A stretch of 64,000 bases of DNA from Dehalococcoidia bacterium. GTDB taxonomy: Bacteria > Chloroflexota > Dehalococcoidia > Lucifugimonadales > QGNO01. The stretch is taken from positions 642,668-706,667 of the forward strand of contig OZ252212.1 of assembly GCA_965248955.1 (NCBI GenBank). The letters are read 5' to 3'. This document shows, piece by piece, positions 54,611-63,309 of this stretch (positions are counted from its first letter, which is position 1; every line of letters begins with the position of its first letter). The notes below the pieces were generated by a model. The model made no database searches. It saw only the letters and a program-made list of their open reading frames with translations, and was not told the origin of the DNA. The translations under genes and the position numbers were made by a program.

Positions 54611-55864
54611 ATGTCCACAAGTCAGCAGCTGCTAGAGACACCTGAGCTTGACCCCAGGTTAAGCCGCTACCGGTTTGTCATGGGCGGGCTGCTGATGCTG
54701 CTGAACTTCAGCCTTGGCCTAAGCTTCTTCGTGGTGACCCCAATTACTCCCATCATCATGGACGAGTTCGGAATCAACAGAAGCGCGGCCAGCCTGCTGA
54801 CCAGCGTGGTCATACTTTCGCAGGCAGGCCTTGCCATCCCCAGCGGCATCATTGTAAGCAGGGTGGGAGTGAAGAGAATGGTGCTCATTGGCTGGGTCAT
54901 GGCCTCTGTGCCCATGCTGACCTGGACGGCGACCAGTTTCCCCCTTCTGCTGGCTATCAGGACAATCTATGGGATCAGCTTTGCCTTACTGCTGCCCGCC
55001 ACGGGCCCCATGATGATGCAGTGGTTCCGCCCCAAGGAGCTGCCCATTCTCAACGCTGTCAACGTCTCCGTGGTGACAATGGCGATATCGATCTCGACGT
55101 TTACCATAGCGCCCCTGTCGCAGCTGCTGGAATGGAAGATGGCGGTGAGCCTGTACGGCGGCGCCTCGCTGCTGGGAGCAATCTTATGGGTAGCGCTGGC
55201 CAGGACGGGAAGAAGACCCGGCAATGCGACGGCAAGGCATCCGTCGTTAAGGGAGATCTGGGCTGTCCTCAGATCCAAGACCACGCTGCTGCTCGCCCTA
55301 GCGGATGCAGGGCCGTTCGCTCAGTACACGGCGCTTGTGGCCTGGCTGCCCACCTACTACTTCGAGGTGTACGGGATGTCCTTGAGCAGAGCGGGGTCAC
55401 TGGTGGGGCTGCTGCCGCTGGCCGGTGTTTTCAGTGTGCTCCTGGCGGGTATTCTGGCGTTCAGGTTCTCCAACAGGAGGCTATTCCTACTCGTGCCCGG
55501 CCTGCTTGTAGTTCTGGGCGGCCTGGGGAGCTTTTTGCTGGGCGATGGACCTCTGTTGTACGCGGCCTTGCTGGTGCTGGGCTTTGCTTCCTGGTTCTAC
55601 CTGCCGGTGCTGTTCACCATCCCCCTGGAGCTTCCCGGAGCGTCTGAAACCAGGGTGGCGCTTACCTACGGGACGTTGATGACCATAGCCAGCTTCTTCG
55701 CTTTCCTGTCGCCCTTATTCGTGGGAACAAGCACGGATATACTGGGGACGTACACGGTTGGATTCGCGGTTCTTGCCCTGCTGGCGCTTACGCTGCTCGC
55801 GGCGGGGATAGTCCTGCCGGAGACTGGGGCAGGCAGAGAGCCCGCCGCCAGGACTGGGGTGTAG
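54611..55864 (+). CDS. MFS transporter
   Basis: 417 aa with about 12 TM helices. Confidence 0.8.
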   Translation: MSTSQQLLETPELDPRLSRYRFVMGGLLMLLNFSLGLSFFVVTPITPIIMDEFGINRSAASLLTSVVILSQAGLAIPSGIIVSRVGVKRMVLIGWVMASVPMLTWTATSFPLLLAIRTIYGISFALLLPATGPMMMQWFRPKELPILNAVNVSVVTMAISISTFTIAPLSQLLEWKMAVSLYGGASLLGAILWVALARTGRRPGNATARHPSLREIWAVLRSKTTLLLALADAGPFAQYTALVAWLPTYYFEVYGMSLSRAGSLVGLLPLAGVFSVLLAGILAFRFSNRRLFLLVPGLLVVLGGLGSFLLGDGPLLYAALLVLGFASWFYLPVLFTIPLELPGASETRVALTYGTLMTIASFFAFLSPLFVGTSTDILGTYTVGFAVLALLALTLLAAGIVLPETGAGREPAARTGV

Positions 55865-55940
55865 GCCTGGCTTGCACCAGCAGACAGGCTCGGTTCAGGA
55901 TGAGCTTCCCCTCCCTACGGGCCGCCTCCCGCCCTGCGTC

Positions 55941-57803
55941 CTAGCGCTGTGGCTGCCTGGTCTCGGTGACGGAGGCCTCTTCCACGGAGGCCAGCGGAGT
56001 CTCCGTTTCCTCCAGATCCTGGAAGTTCAGGGCGTACAGCCTGGAGTAGAGTGGAGACCTTTCAAGAAGCTCGTCGTGGGTGCCGGTGTCCACAATCCGG
56101 CCCTGCTCCATGACCACGATCATATCGGCGTTCTGGATGGTGGACAGGCGGTGTGCTATGACCACGGCAGTGCGGTCTTTGAGCATCTCTTTGAGGGCCT
56201 GCTGAATGAGCACCTCGGTAAAGGTGTCTATGTTCGCTGTGGCTTCGTCCAGGATGAGAATGCGGGGGTCGGCCAAGATGGCCCTGGCAAAGCTGATCAG
56301 CTGGCGCTGGCCAACGCTGAGGTTGCCGCCGCGTTCGTAGAGTATCGTATCGTAGCCGTTCTCAAGCTTCATGATGAAGTCATGTGCGCCCACGGCTGTC
56401 GCCGCTCTTATCACCTGCTCCATGGTGGCTTCCGTATGGCGGTACTTTATATTGTCGACCACGGAGACGGAGAAGAGGAACGGCTCCTGAAGCACCGTGC
56501 TGGCCTGAGAGGCCAGGGAGCTGCGCTGGATGTCGCGAAGGTCGTAGCCATCCACGGTAAGACGGCCGCTGGTCACGTCGTAGAAGCGCATGAGAAGCGA
56601 TACCATGGACGTCTTACCGGCGCCGGTCTGGCCGACCAGGGCGGCGGTCGTACCGGGTTTAATGTGGAGGTTAACATCCTTTAGCACGGGAATGCCGGGG
56701 ACGTACTCCAGCCAGACGCCCTCATAGCGGATTTCGCCCTTGACGAAGGGCAGGGGCTTGGCGTCGGGCTTGTCCACGACCTCCGGCTCAACGTCCATCA
56801 GCTCAAAGATGCGAACGCCCCCGGTCATGGCGCGCTGGAACTGGGTGTACTGCATGGTGAGGTTGCGTATAGGGTCGTAGAAGCGCTGCACGTAGAGAGC
56901 GAAGGCGACGAGTGCGCCTGCTCCCAGGCTATCGTTGAGCACCATGGTTCCGCCAACGACGATGACCAACCCCAGAGCTACGGCGGTTATCAGGTCCACG
57001 GTAGGCATGAGTATGGCGGAGAGCCTGATGGCGCGCAGGTTGGCGTCAAGGTGGTCCATATTCACCCTATCGAACTGGCGCAGGTTGAGGTCCTCCCGGT
57101 TCATGCTCTGCACCACACGCACGCCTGAGATGTTCTGCTGTAGACGGGTGTTGACCACGGATATGGCGTAGCGAATCCTGATGAAGGCCACTCGCGCGTA
57201 ACGCTGCCATACGCCCATGATCAAGGCAAGCAGCGGTAGCACCACGATTGTGACGACAGCAAGCTGCCAGTTCATCAGGAACATGACGATGACAATGCCC
57301 ACCAAGCTGAGCATGTCACCGAGGGTGATGGTGACCATGGGAAGGAACTCCTGGAGCTGTCCCACGTCGCTCATGACGCGGCTCATGATCCGTCCCACCT
57401 CATTTCTATCGAAGAAGGGAACGGAGAGCTTCTGGAGGTGATTGAACATGTCGGTGCGCAGCTTGTAGAGCACCTCCTGGCTTATCTTGCCCAGAAGGCG
57501 CATGTACAGGTAGTTGCCAACCAGATTTGCGGTGATAACGCCTATGAGCACCAGCCCAATGCGGTTCAGGCCGCTCAGATTACCGGAGAGCACATAGTTG
57601 TCAATAGTGTAGCCAATGAGCCAGGGAATCAGCACCAGAGTGGAGGTGTAGACCAGCATCATGACCATGGACAGGGTAAACAGGCCCAGCCGGCTCTTGA
57701 AATACGGGAAGAGGCGTTTGATTACCTCGTGGTTGTAGATTTGGCCGCGGTCGTCATCGTCAAGGCCGCCGTGTCCGTGCCCCATGCCACCCCCGTGCCA
57801 CAT
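55941..57803 (-). CDS. ABC exporter, fused permease/ATPase (type I exporter half-transporter)
   Basis: Six N-terminal TMs, Walker A GQTGAGKTS, signature LSVGQRQ, Walker B ILILDEA. The N-terminus is Gly/His-rich. Confidence 0.9.
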   Translation of the reverse strand: MWHGGGMGHGHGGLDDDDRGQIYNHEVIKRLFPYFKSRLGLFTLSMVMMLVYTSTLVLIPWLIGYTIDNYVLSGNLSGLNRIGLVLIGVITANLVGNYLYMRLLGKISQEVLYKLRTDMFNHLQKLSVPFFDRNEVGRIMSRVMSDVGQLQEFLPMVTITLGDMLSLVGIVIVMFLMNWQLAVVTIVVLPLLALIMGVWQRYARVAFIRIRYAISVVNTRLQQNISGVRVVQSMNREDLNLRQFDRVNMDHLDANLRAIRLSAILMPTVDLITAVALGLVIVVGGTMVLNDSLGAGALVAFALYVQRFYDPIRNLTMQYTQFQRAMTGGVRIFELMDVEPEVVDKPDAKPLPFVKGEIRYEGVWLEYVPGIPVLKDVNLHIKPGTTAALVGQTGAGKTSMVSLLMRFYDVTSGRLTVDGYDLRDIQRSSLASQASTVLQEPFLFSVSVVDNIKYRHTEATMEQVIRAATAVGAHDFIMKLENGYDTILYERGGNLSVGQRQLISFARAILADPRILILDEATANIDTFTEVLIQQALKEMLKDRTAVVIAHRLSTIQNADMIVVMEQGRIVDTGTHDELLERSPLYSRLYALNFQDLEETETPLASVEEASVTETRQPQR

Positions 57804-59611
57804 TATCGCTGTGCCTCCTTCTCGGTAGAAGAGACAATGGCGGCATGCGCGCCGTTACCGGCAGGCTGGGAACCGTTTACCTCGACCTCTTGAGGGCGCA
57901 GCTGCAGATCGTAGACCTCTTGGTAGTGACCGGGAAGCTTGAGCAGTTCTTCATGGGTGCCGCGCTGCACAATCTGCCCGTCCTTGAGCACAAGAATGAG
58001 GTCGGCATTCTTGACCGTGCTCAGCCTGTGGGCAATGACAAAGGTGGTGCGTCCCTTCATAACCCCTTGCAGCGCCCTGCGAATGAAGTGCTCGGTCTCC
58101 GTGTCCACGCTGGAAGTGGAATCGTCCAGTATCAGTATGGGCGGGTCGAGAAGGACGGTGCGGGCAATGGCGAGACGCTGGCGCTGGCCCCCGGAGAGGG
58201 TGGTGCCGCGCTCGCCTACCCAGGTGTCGTATCCCTCGGGGAGGGTCACGATGAAGTCATGGAACTGGGCAACTTTGGCAGCGCTGATTATCTCTTCGTC
58301 AGTGGCGTCCACTTTGCCGTAAGCAATGTTCTCTCTGATGGTGGAGGTGAACAGGAAAACGTCCTGCTGCACTATGCCGATGTTCTTTCTCAAAGAGGTC
58401 ATTGTTACCTGGCGCACGTCGGAACCGTCCACGGTAACATGGCCGCTGGTCACGTCGTAAAAGCGCGGAATGAGGTGCACCATCGTGCTCTTGCCGCTGC
58501 CCGGCGCGCCAACCAGAGCAATGACCTTGGTCGGCTCCGCCTCTAGGTCGATACCTTTGAGCACGGGGGACATGGTGTCGTAGGTGAACGAGACGTTTTG
58601 AAAGCGGACGTGTCCCTTGACCCTGGGCAGATCAACGGCGTCTTTCCCGTCCTGCACCGGCGATTCGGCGTCCAGGGTGGCAAAGAGCCGCTGGCCGGAA
58701 CCGTAGCCCCTGGAAAAGGAGTTCACTACCCAGGCTATCATGCGCACGGGCTGAGCCAGCAGGCCAAGGTAGAAGATGAACTGGGCAAGCTCACCGTGCG
58801 AGAGTGCGCCTTGAAGGACCAGTCTGCCTCCCCACCAGAGAACGATGACGGTGATCCCTACGTAGAAGAAGGTGACTATAGAGGAGCTGGAGGCCTGGTA
58901 AATGGCGGCGTGGTAGGAGTAGCGGGACGCATTCTCCGCGTGATAGTAGAAGCGGCCGCGCTCGTGCTCCTCGGCGGCGAAGGCCTTGACCACTCGCTGG
59001 CCGGACAGGTTCTCCTGCAAGGCGGTGGTCATCAGTCCAAGCTCCGTCTGCACGGCGAGCCAGGCGCGGCGCATCTCGATCATGGTGCGGCCGCTGTGCC
59101 AGGCTACAATGGGGGCAAAGAGCAGGCAGATCAAGGCTAGCTGCAAGTTGAGCAACATCATGGCGGCGCCCACTCCTACGAAAAGCAATACGGTAAAAGC
59201 GGCGCGTATCAGGCCCATCTGTACGAACATGCGAATGCCTTCCATATCCGTGGTGGCCTTGGACATGAGGTTGCCGGTCTGCTGCCTGTCGTGGAAGGCG
59301 AAGCTCATGCGCTGCAGGTGATCGTAGAACTCGTTGCGCAGATCGTAGGCTACCCTCTGTCCAATGGACTCGCCGAGGTACTGCTGCCAGTAGGCGAATG
59401 CGCCGCGCAGGCCGTTGGACACGAATACAGCGAGGGCCAATATGAAGAGCTGGCTTCTGACTCCGGAGAAGAGCACCTCTTCGACGGCTGTGCCCAGGAT
59501 TCGGGGTATGAGCATTGAGAAGGCGGTAACGCCGAGTATGGAGAAATAGGCTAGGAAGAGTCTAGTCTTATACTTAGAAGCTCGTTTAGCTATTCTCCAG
59601 AGAACCCGCAT
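57803..59611 (-). CDS. ABC exporter, fused permease/ATPase (partner half-transporter)
   Basis: Walker A GAPGSGKST, signature LSGGQRQ, Walker B ILILDDS. It overlaps the downstream partner by 1 nt. Confidence 0.9.
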   Translation of the reverse strand: MRVLWRIAKRASKYKTRLFLAYFSILGVTAFSMLIPRILGTAVEEVLFSGVRSQLFILALAVFVSNGLRGAFAYWQQYLGESIGQRVAYDLRNEFYDHLQRMSFAFHDRQQTGNLMSKATTDMEGIRMFVQMGLIRAAFTVLLFVGVGAAMMLLNLQLALICLLFAPIVAWHSGRTMIEMRRAWLAVQTELGLMTTALQENLSGQRVVKAFAAEEHERGRFYYHAENASRYSYHAAIYQASSSSIVTFFYVGITVIVLWWGGRLVLQGALSHGELAQFIFYLGLLAQPVRMIAWVVNSFSRGYGSGQRLFATLDAESPVQDGKDAVDLPRVKGHVRFQNVSFTYDTMSPVLKGIDLEAEPTKVIALVGAPGSGKSTMVHLIPRFYDVTSGHVTVDGSDVRQVTMTSLRKNIGIVQQDVFLFTSTIRENIAYGKVDATDEEIISAAKVAQFHDFIVTLPEGYDTWVGERGTTLSGGQRQRLAIARTVLLDPPILILDDSTSSVDTETEHFIRRALQGVMKGRTTFVIAHRLSTVKNADLILVLKDGQIVQRGTHEELLKLPGHYQEVYDLQLRPQEVEVNGSQPAGNGAHAAIVSSTEKEAQR

Positions 59612-59688
59612 ACGGCGGCTGGCCTTCTTTCCCTAACCGTCTCACTGTGGAGGCGAAAATCTAATGTATCCGCATAAGAGAGGAACAA

Positions 59689-59705
59689 GAGAGTATTATA
59701 CTCTC
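59689..59705 (-). promoter_or_regulatory. 17-nt perfect palindrome overlapping a TATAAT box upstream of the ABC exporter operon
   Basis: The minus strand reads GAGAGTATAATACTCTC. A possible -35 (TTGCCC) lies 17 nt upstream. Confidence 0.4.
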
Positions 59706-59740
59706 CAAATCAAGGATGGGCAAAGTGGGGCGTGGGTGAT

Positions 59741-60235
59741 TCAATCTTCACTCAGAAGCACCATGGAATAAGCGTCTACGTAGGCTCCGTCACGGAAAGC
59801 AAATGCTTTGTGTGTCCCTTCGATAGAGAATCCAAATTTCTTGTAGAGATGGATAGCCCTGGCGTTGTCGGTGTACACATGTAGCTCAACCCGTCGCAGG
59901 TTCAACCATTTGAACGCCAACTCCAAGGCGGCCTCCATCAGCCCGGTGCCTATACCGGAGCCCTGGTGATCGTCTCGAACGCCCATACCCAGCCCGGCCA
60001 CGTGAGACATACGGTTCCGCTTCACGTGAAGTCCCAGGATCCCGACTACCTGACCATTGACCTCGTCAACAAGCAACTGTTCACTTTGCGGTAGGTTTTC
60101 AAGTTGCTTTCTAGTCGCATCCAGTGAAACATAGGGGAGTCCCAGAGTTTCCCGCATTACTATGGGACTGGTCCATACTTTATGAATGGCCTCGTAGTCA
60201 GCCAGTTCGGCGGAGCGAATCTTGATCTCAGTCAT
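59741..60235 (-). CDS. GNAT-family N-acetyltransferase
   Basis: Acetyl-CoA motif HQGSGIGTGLMEAAL. GGAGGTGA Shine-Dalgarno. 164 aa. Confidence 0.85.
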   Translation of the reverse strand: MTEIKIRSAELADYEAIHKVWTSPIVMRETLGLPYVSLDATRKQLENLPQSEQLLVDEVNGQVVGILGLHVKRNRMSHVAGLGMGVRDDHQGSGIGTGLMEAALELAFKWLNLRRVELHVYTDNARAIHLYKKFGFSIEGTHKAFAFRDGAYVDAYSMVLLSED

Positions 60236-60262
60236 ACCACGTCACCTCCTATCCCAAAGCCG

Positions 60263-60333
60263 CATCAAGACGGATACCTGCTATGCCCCCAGAAGCCTTC
60301 CTGGATTTCCAGGCGGGAGCGCAGGTCGGTACG
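60263..60333 (-). pseudogene. Displaced duplicate of the last 22 codons plus stop of the amidohydrolase gene
   Basis: The 71-nt stretch differs at 7 positions from 60753-60823. It translates to RTDLRSRLEIQEGFWGHSRYPS*, versus the gene end RTGLRSRLEIQEGFWGHSKYPS*. A stop codon lies immediately upstream in frame. Confidence 0.75.
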
Positions 60334-60484
60334 CCCCTACCCCCGCCACCAACCACTTCCCCACTCCCGCACCTTGCCCTTATCCTGTATCCATGAACAC
60401 TACCCGCAAATTAAAGCCCGCCAGCGACGGCCCGACACGCGCTTCTTTCCAGACGAAAACCGTCGCGCCAACAACTGGATCCTG

Positions 60485-60524
60485 TCCTGAGCCTGAAGTT
60501 TACCCTGAGCTTAGTCGAAGGGAA
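60485..60524 (+). repeat. R3 repeat copy (26-nt exact match to 51748-51773)
   Basis: tcctgagcctgaagtttaccctgagc is identical at both loci, followed by ttagtcgaagggaa versus gtagccgaaggaaa. Confidence 0.8.
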
Positions 60525-60754
60525 GGAATCGGATTTGTTTTCCCATATTTTCAAAATTTCGGCCCGTTTTTAGCCTTGGAGGTTGACATAACGTTGGAAA
60601 CAATTCCCCTTCTCAGGCACAACACCGCTCCACCATTAAACGCCATCTCACGCCTAATAACCGTTTTCAGAACACCCAAAAAACGACTTATGTCAAGTGG
60701 TGAACTATGACCCAGACCACCCTTCCTCTCTGGAGCGCTATCCAGCACCCTCCA

Positions 60755-62197
60755 TCAAGACGGATACTTGCTGTGCCCCCAGAACCCTTCCTGGATCTCC
60801 AAGCGAGAGCGCAGGCCGGTACGATCCAGCATAGCCTCGCTGGCGGCCTGAGCGCGCTGCAGGACGGCCTCCTCGTCCACCGCCGTCACCGCCCTGCCCT
60901 GCATCAGCACCCGGCCGTCTACTATGACCGTGTCCACGTCCTGACCATTGGCAAAGCCAACCACGCGATGCACCGGCATGTTCAGGGGGTACAGGTGCGG
61001 CTTGTTCATATCCACCAGGATTACGTCGGCCTTCTTTCCGGCCTCCAACGACCCAATCTGGTCGTCCAAGCCCAGGGCATGAGCCGCGTCTATGGTCGCC
61101 ATTTCCAGCACCTTGCCCGGAGGCATGTATGCGCCGTCACGGTACTCGGCGCGGTGCTGGCGCATGCAGACGTACATGTGGCGGAACATATCGTAGTTCA
61201 TATCCGGTCCAGCTGCGTCGGAACCCAGCGCCACGGTGACCCCGGCGTCCAGAAGCTGTGGCACGGGACAGCGCGACGGATAGGAGTTGCCAGAGCTTGG
61301 GTTGTGGGCAATCCTGGTGTCGGTTTCGGCGCAGATCAGCACCTCCTCCTCCGTGAGTCCCGTGGAATGCGAGAGGAGCACGTCGGGCCCAAGGATGCCA
61401 AGTTGCTGGTGGGCAAACTTGACCGTACCCGTATCGTGGCCGTCCTGCGTCAGGATCAGGCCGTACTTTTCAGCGAGGTCCTTGGCGGCGCGTGCCTGGG
61501 CCCTGAGGTCTTCCAGCGGTGTCTCACTGTAGGGAGAACGCGCCGGGTTCTGCGTCGGCGACATCACCGATACGTGGATGCGGCCGCCAGCTTCTCCATG
61601 CCAGCGCCGGATGATCTCCTCGGTGGTCCGCATGTACCGGTCGAAGTCGACCATATAGGTGTGGCTATTGCCGTTGTCCCACCGTGCGTACTGCCTGGGA
61701 TAGGGAGGGTTGCTGGGACCTACGGCAAGGAACTCGCGGATGCCCAGCTGCTGAACGGCCTCGCAGTGGCGGGCGGCGTAGACCGAGTCGTCTACGCGCA
61801 TCACCATGGTGCCGCCGCCGAAGTAGGTGACTCCGCAGGTGGTGCCGTTCTTCAACCGGTCCAGAGAGGCCAGGAGCGCTTCAGCGTGCCAGAACTCCTC
61901 GTCCGTGCCCTCCGCATAGATATAGTCGGCGGTGTTGGACCACATAGCGCCCGGCCCGTGGCCCATGGTCTTCACCAAGGCGTGTCCGGCGTGGCCGTGG
62001 GCGTCGATGAGACCGGGCATGATTACCTTGCGCTGAGCGTGAATGACGCGGTCGGCGCTGTGTGCGTCCTCTACCTCCTGCCTCGAACCCACGGCAACTA
62101 TGCGATCGGCTTCTATGGCCACTGCGCCGTCTTCTATGACCCTGCGCTGTGGGTCCATGGTGACGACGCAACCGCCGGTGATAAGGATGTCTGCCAT
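60755..62197 (-). CDS. Amidohydrolase-superfamily deaminase/chlorohydrolase-like protein (ATZ/TRZ/SsnA-like)
   Basis: MPGLIDAHGHAGHA HxH metal motif and N-terminal beta-sandwich start ILITGGCVVTMD. 480 aa. Confidence 0.8.
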   Translation of the reverse strand: MADILITGGCVVTMDPQRRVIEDGAVAIEADRIVAVGSRQEVEDAHSADRVIHAQRKVIMPGLIDAHGHAGHALVKTMGHGPGAMWSNTADYIYAEGTDEEFWHAEALLASLDRLKNGTTCGVTYFGGGTMVMRVDDSVYAARHCEAVQQLGIREFLAVGPSNPPYPRQYARWDNGNSHTYMVDFDRYMRTTEEIIRRWHGEAGGRIHVSVMSPTQNPARSPYSETPLEDLRAQARAAKDLAEKYGLILTQDGHDTGTVKFAHQQLGILGPDVLLSHSTGLTEEEVLICAETDTRIAHNPSSGNSYPSRCPVPQLLDAGVTVALGSDAAGPDMNYDMFRHMYVCMRQHRAEYRDGAYMPPGKVLEMATIDAAHALGLDDQIGSLEAGKKADVILVDMNKPHLYPLNMPVHRVVGFANGQDVDTVIVDGRVLMQGRAVTAVDEEAVLQRAQAASEAMLDRTGLRSRLEIQEGFWGHSKYPS

Positions 62198-62228
62198 GTT
62201 GTGCCTCCTCGGAGCTTGGGAGTAAGTG

Positions 62229-63236
62229 CTAAGATCTGCCGAAATCGCTGGCCCAGAGCCGGTGAAGCTCGGATAACGTCTCGTGGGGAATGGGATGTTT
62301 TTCTGAGGCGGATGCAGCTTCCTCTATCTGGGCCCGGCTGGAAAAACCAACGAGCACGGTGGATACGCCTGTATGCATGAGCGCGAAGCGTACCGCGGCC
62401 TGGGGACGGGACTGGATATCGCCGGTGACGAGAAAGTCGAGTTTGGAGGTGCGCTCTTCATCGGCTGAATAGGCGGAATCGGTGACCATGGGACCGCCGA
62501 TGGTGGGAGAGGCGTGCCCCTGCCGCGCCGAAGCTCCGCCCAGCGCACCGGCGGCCATTACCCGAATCACCACAACGCCCATGTCGTGCCCCGCGGCGCG
62601 GTCGATGAGATGGCGGAAGTCATGGCCAACGAAAGCGGAAGGAACCGACACGCCTGCACTCGGGTTGAGCAGATTGTAGTAGGCCTGTACAACGTCGAAG
62701 CGTCCGCTGTCCACCACCTTGTGGAGCGCCTCGGTGTCGCCGTTGCCGGTGAAGCCGGCGAACCTGGTTAGCCCCTCCGAACGCAGACCGTCGAAGGCGT
62801 CAGCCACGCCGTCCTTGCCCAAGACGTCGTCCACTCCTATGGTCTCACCGCTGATGCCGCCGCCGCGTTGCATTGTTATGCCGTCGTGGAGCTGGAAGAG
62901 GTCTACGGAGTCACGGCCAAGGCGCTTCAGGCTGTCTTCCAAAGAGCGACGTGCCGCGCCCTTGATATCGTCCAGGCCGTGGCGCAGATGCACTTTCGTA
63001 GCAACCCAGGCCTGGGGCTTGAGATGGTCAAGGACGCGGCCGAGGTTGGTCTCGGAAAGCCCGTCCCCGTAGCTTGGCGCGGTATCGAAATAGTTGACGC
63101 CAAGGTCCAGGGCGCGCTGCACGCCTTCCAACTGCTCTTGGAAGGAACCGCGCACCATCAGTCCTCCCACGTTGCCGCAGCCAAAGCCAACCTCAGATAC
63201 GCGAAGTCCCGTTTTGCCCAGAGTCCTGTAGTTCAC
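62229..63236 (-). CDS. Aldo/keto reductase
   Basis: MNYRTLGKTGLRVSEVGFGCGNVGG and NYFDTAPSYGDG motifs. Confidence 0.9.
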   Translation of the reverse strand: MNYRTLGKTGLRVSEVGFGCGNVGGLMVRGSFQEQLEGVQRALDLGVNYFDTAPSYGDGLSETNLGRVLDHLKPQAWVATKVHLRHGLDDIKGAARRSLEDSLKRLGRDSVDLFQLHDGITMQRGGGISGETIGVDDVLGKDGVADAFDGLRSEGLTRFAGFTGNGDTEALHKVVDSGRFDVVQAYYNLLNPSAGVSVPSAFVGHDFRHLIDRAAGHDMGVVVIRVMAAGALGGASARQGHASPTIGGPMVTDSAYSADEERTSKLDFLVTGDIQSRPQAAVRFALMHTGVSTVLVGFSSRAQIEEAASASEKHPIPHETLSELHRLWASDFGRS

Positions 63237-63309
63237 AACGCCTCCATGCTGACGAAATCAATCAGGTTAAGTATAATGTCGGTTTGAATACCCTGTGTAG
63301 CATAACTCT

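Noticed and set aside
55872-56684. A 270-aa + strand ORF opposite the first ABC exporter gene. Similar antisense ORFs lie at 57845..58546 and 58598..59140.
   Set aside because: These are antisense to genes with complete Walker A, signature and Walker B motifs, and their composition is shadow-like.
60222-60710. A 162-aa + strand ORF and a 65-aa - strand ORF covering the 420-bp insert.
   Set aside because: They are Pro/Thr/Arg-rich, run through the duplicated gene end and an R3 repeat in arbitrary frames, and have no Shine-Dalgarno. The insert looks non-coding.
60263-60823. The 71-nt repeat pair as a diversity-generating retroelement template/variable region pair.
   Set aside because: The mismatches are not adenine-specific (c/t, a/g, g/c, t/c, g/a, g/a, t/c). 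No reverse transcriptase gene is present in the window, and one copy is an orphan fragment.
60707-62380. A 557-aa ORF on the + strand spanning the amidohydrolase gene and the end of the AKR gene.
   Set aside because: It is antisense to two well-supported genes (HxH amidohydrolase and AKR motifs). It has a low-complexity Arg/Val/Gly/His composition and no Shine-Dalgarno, so it is a shadow ORF.
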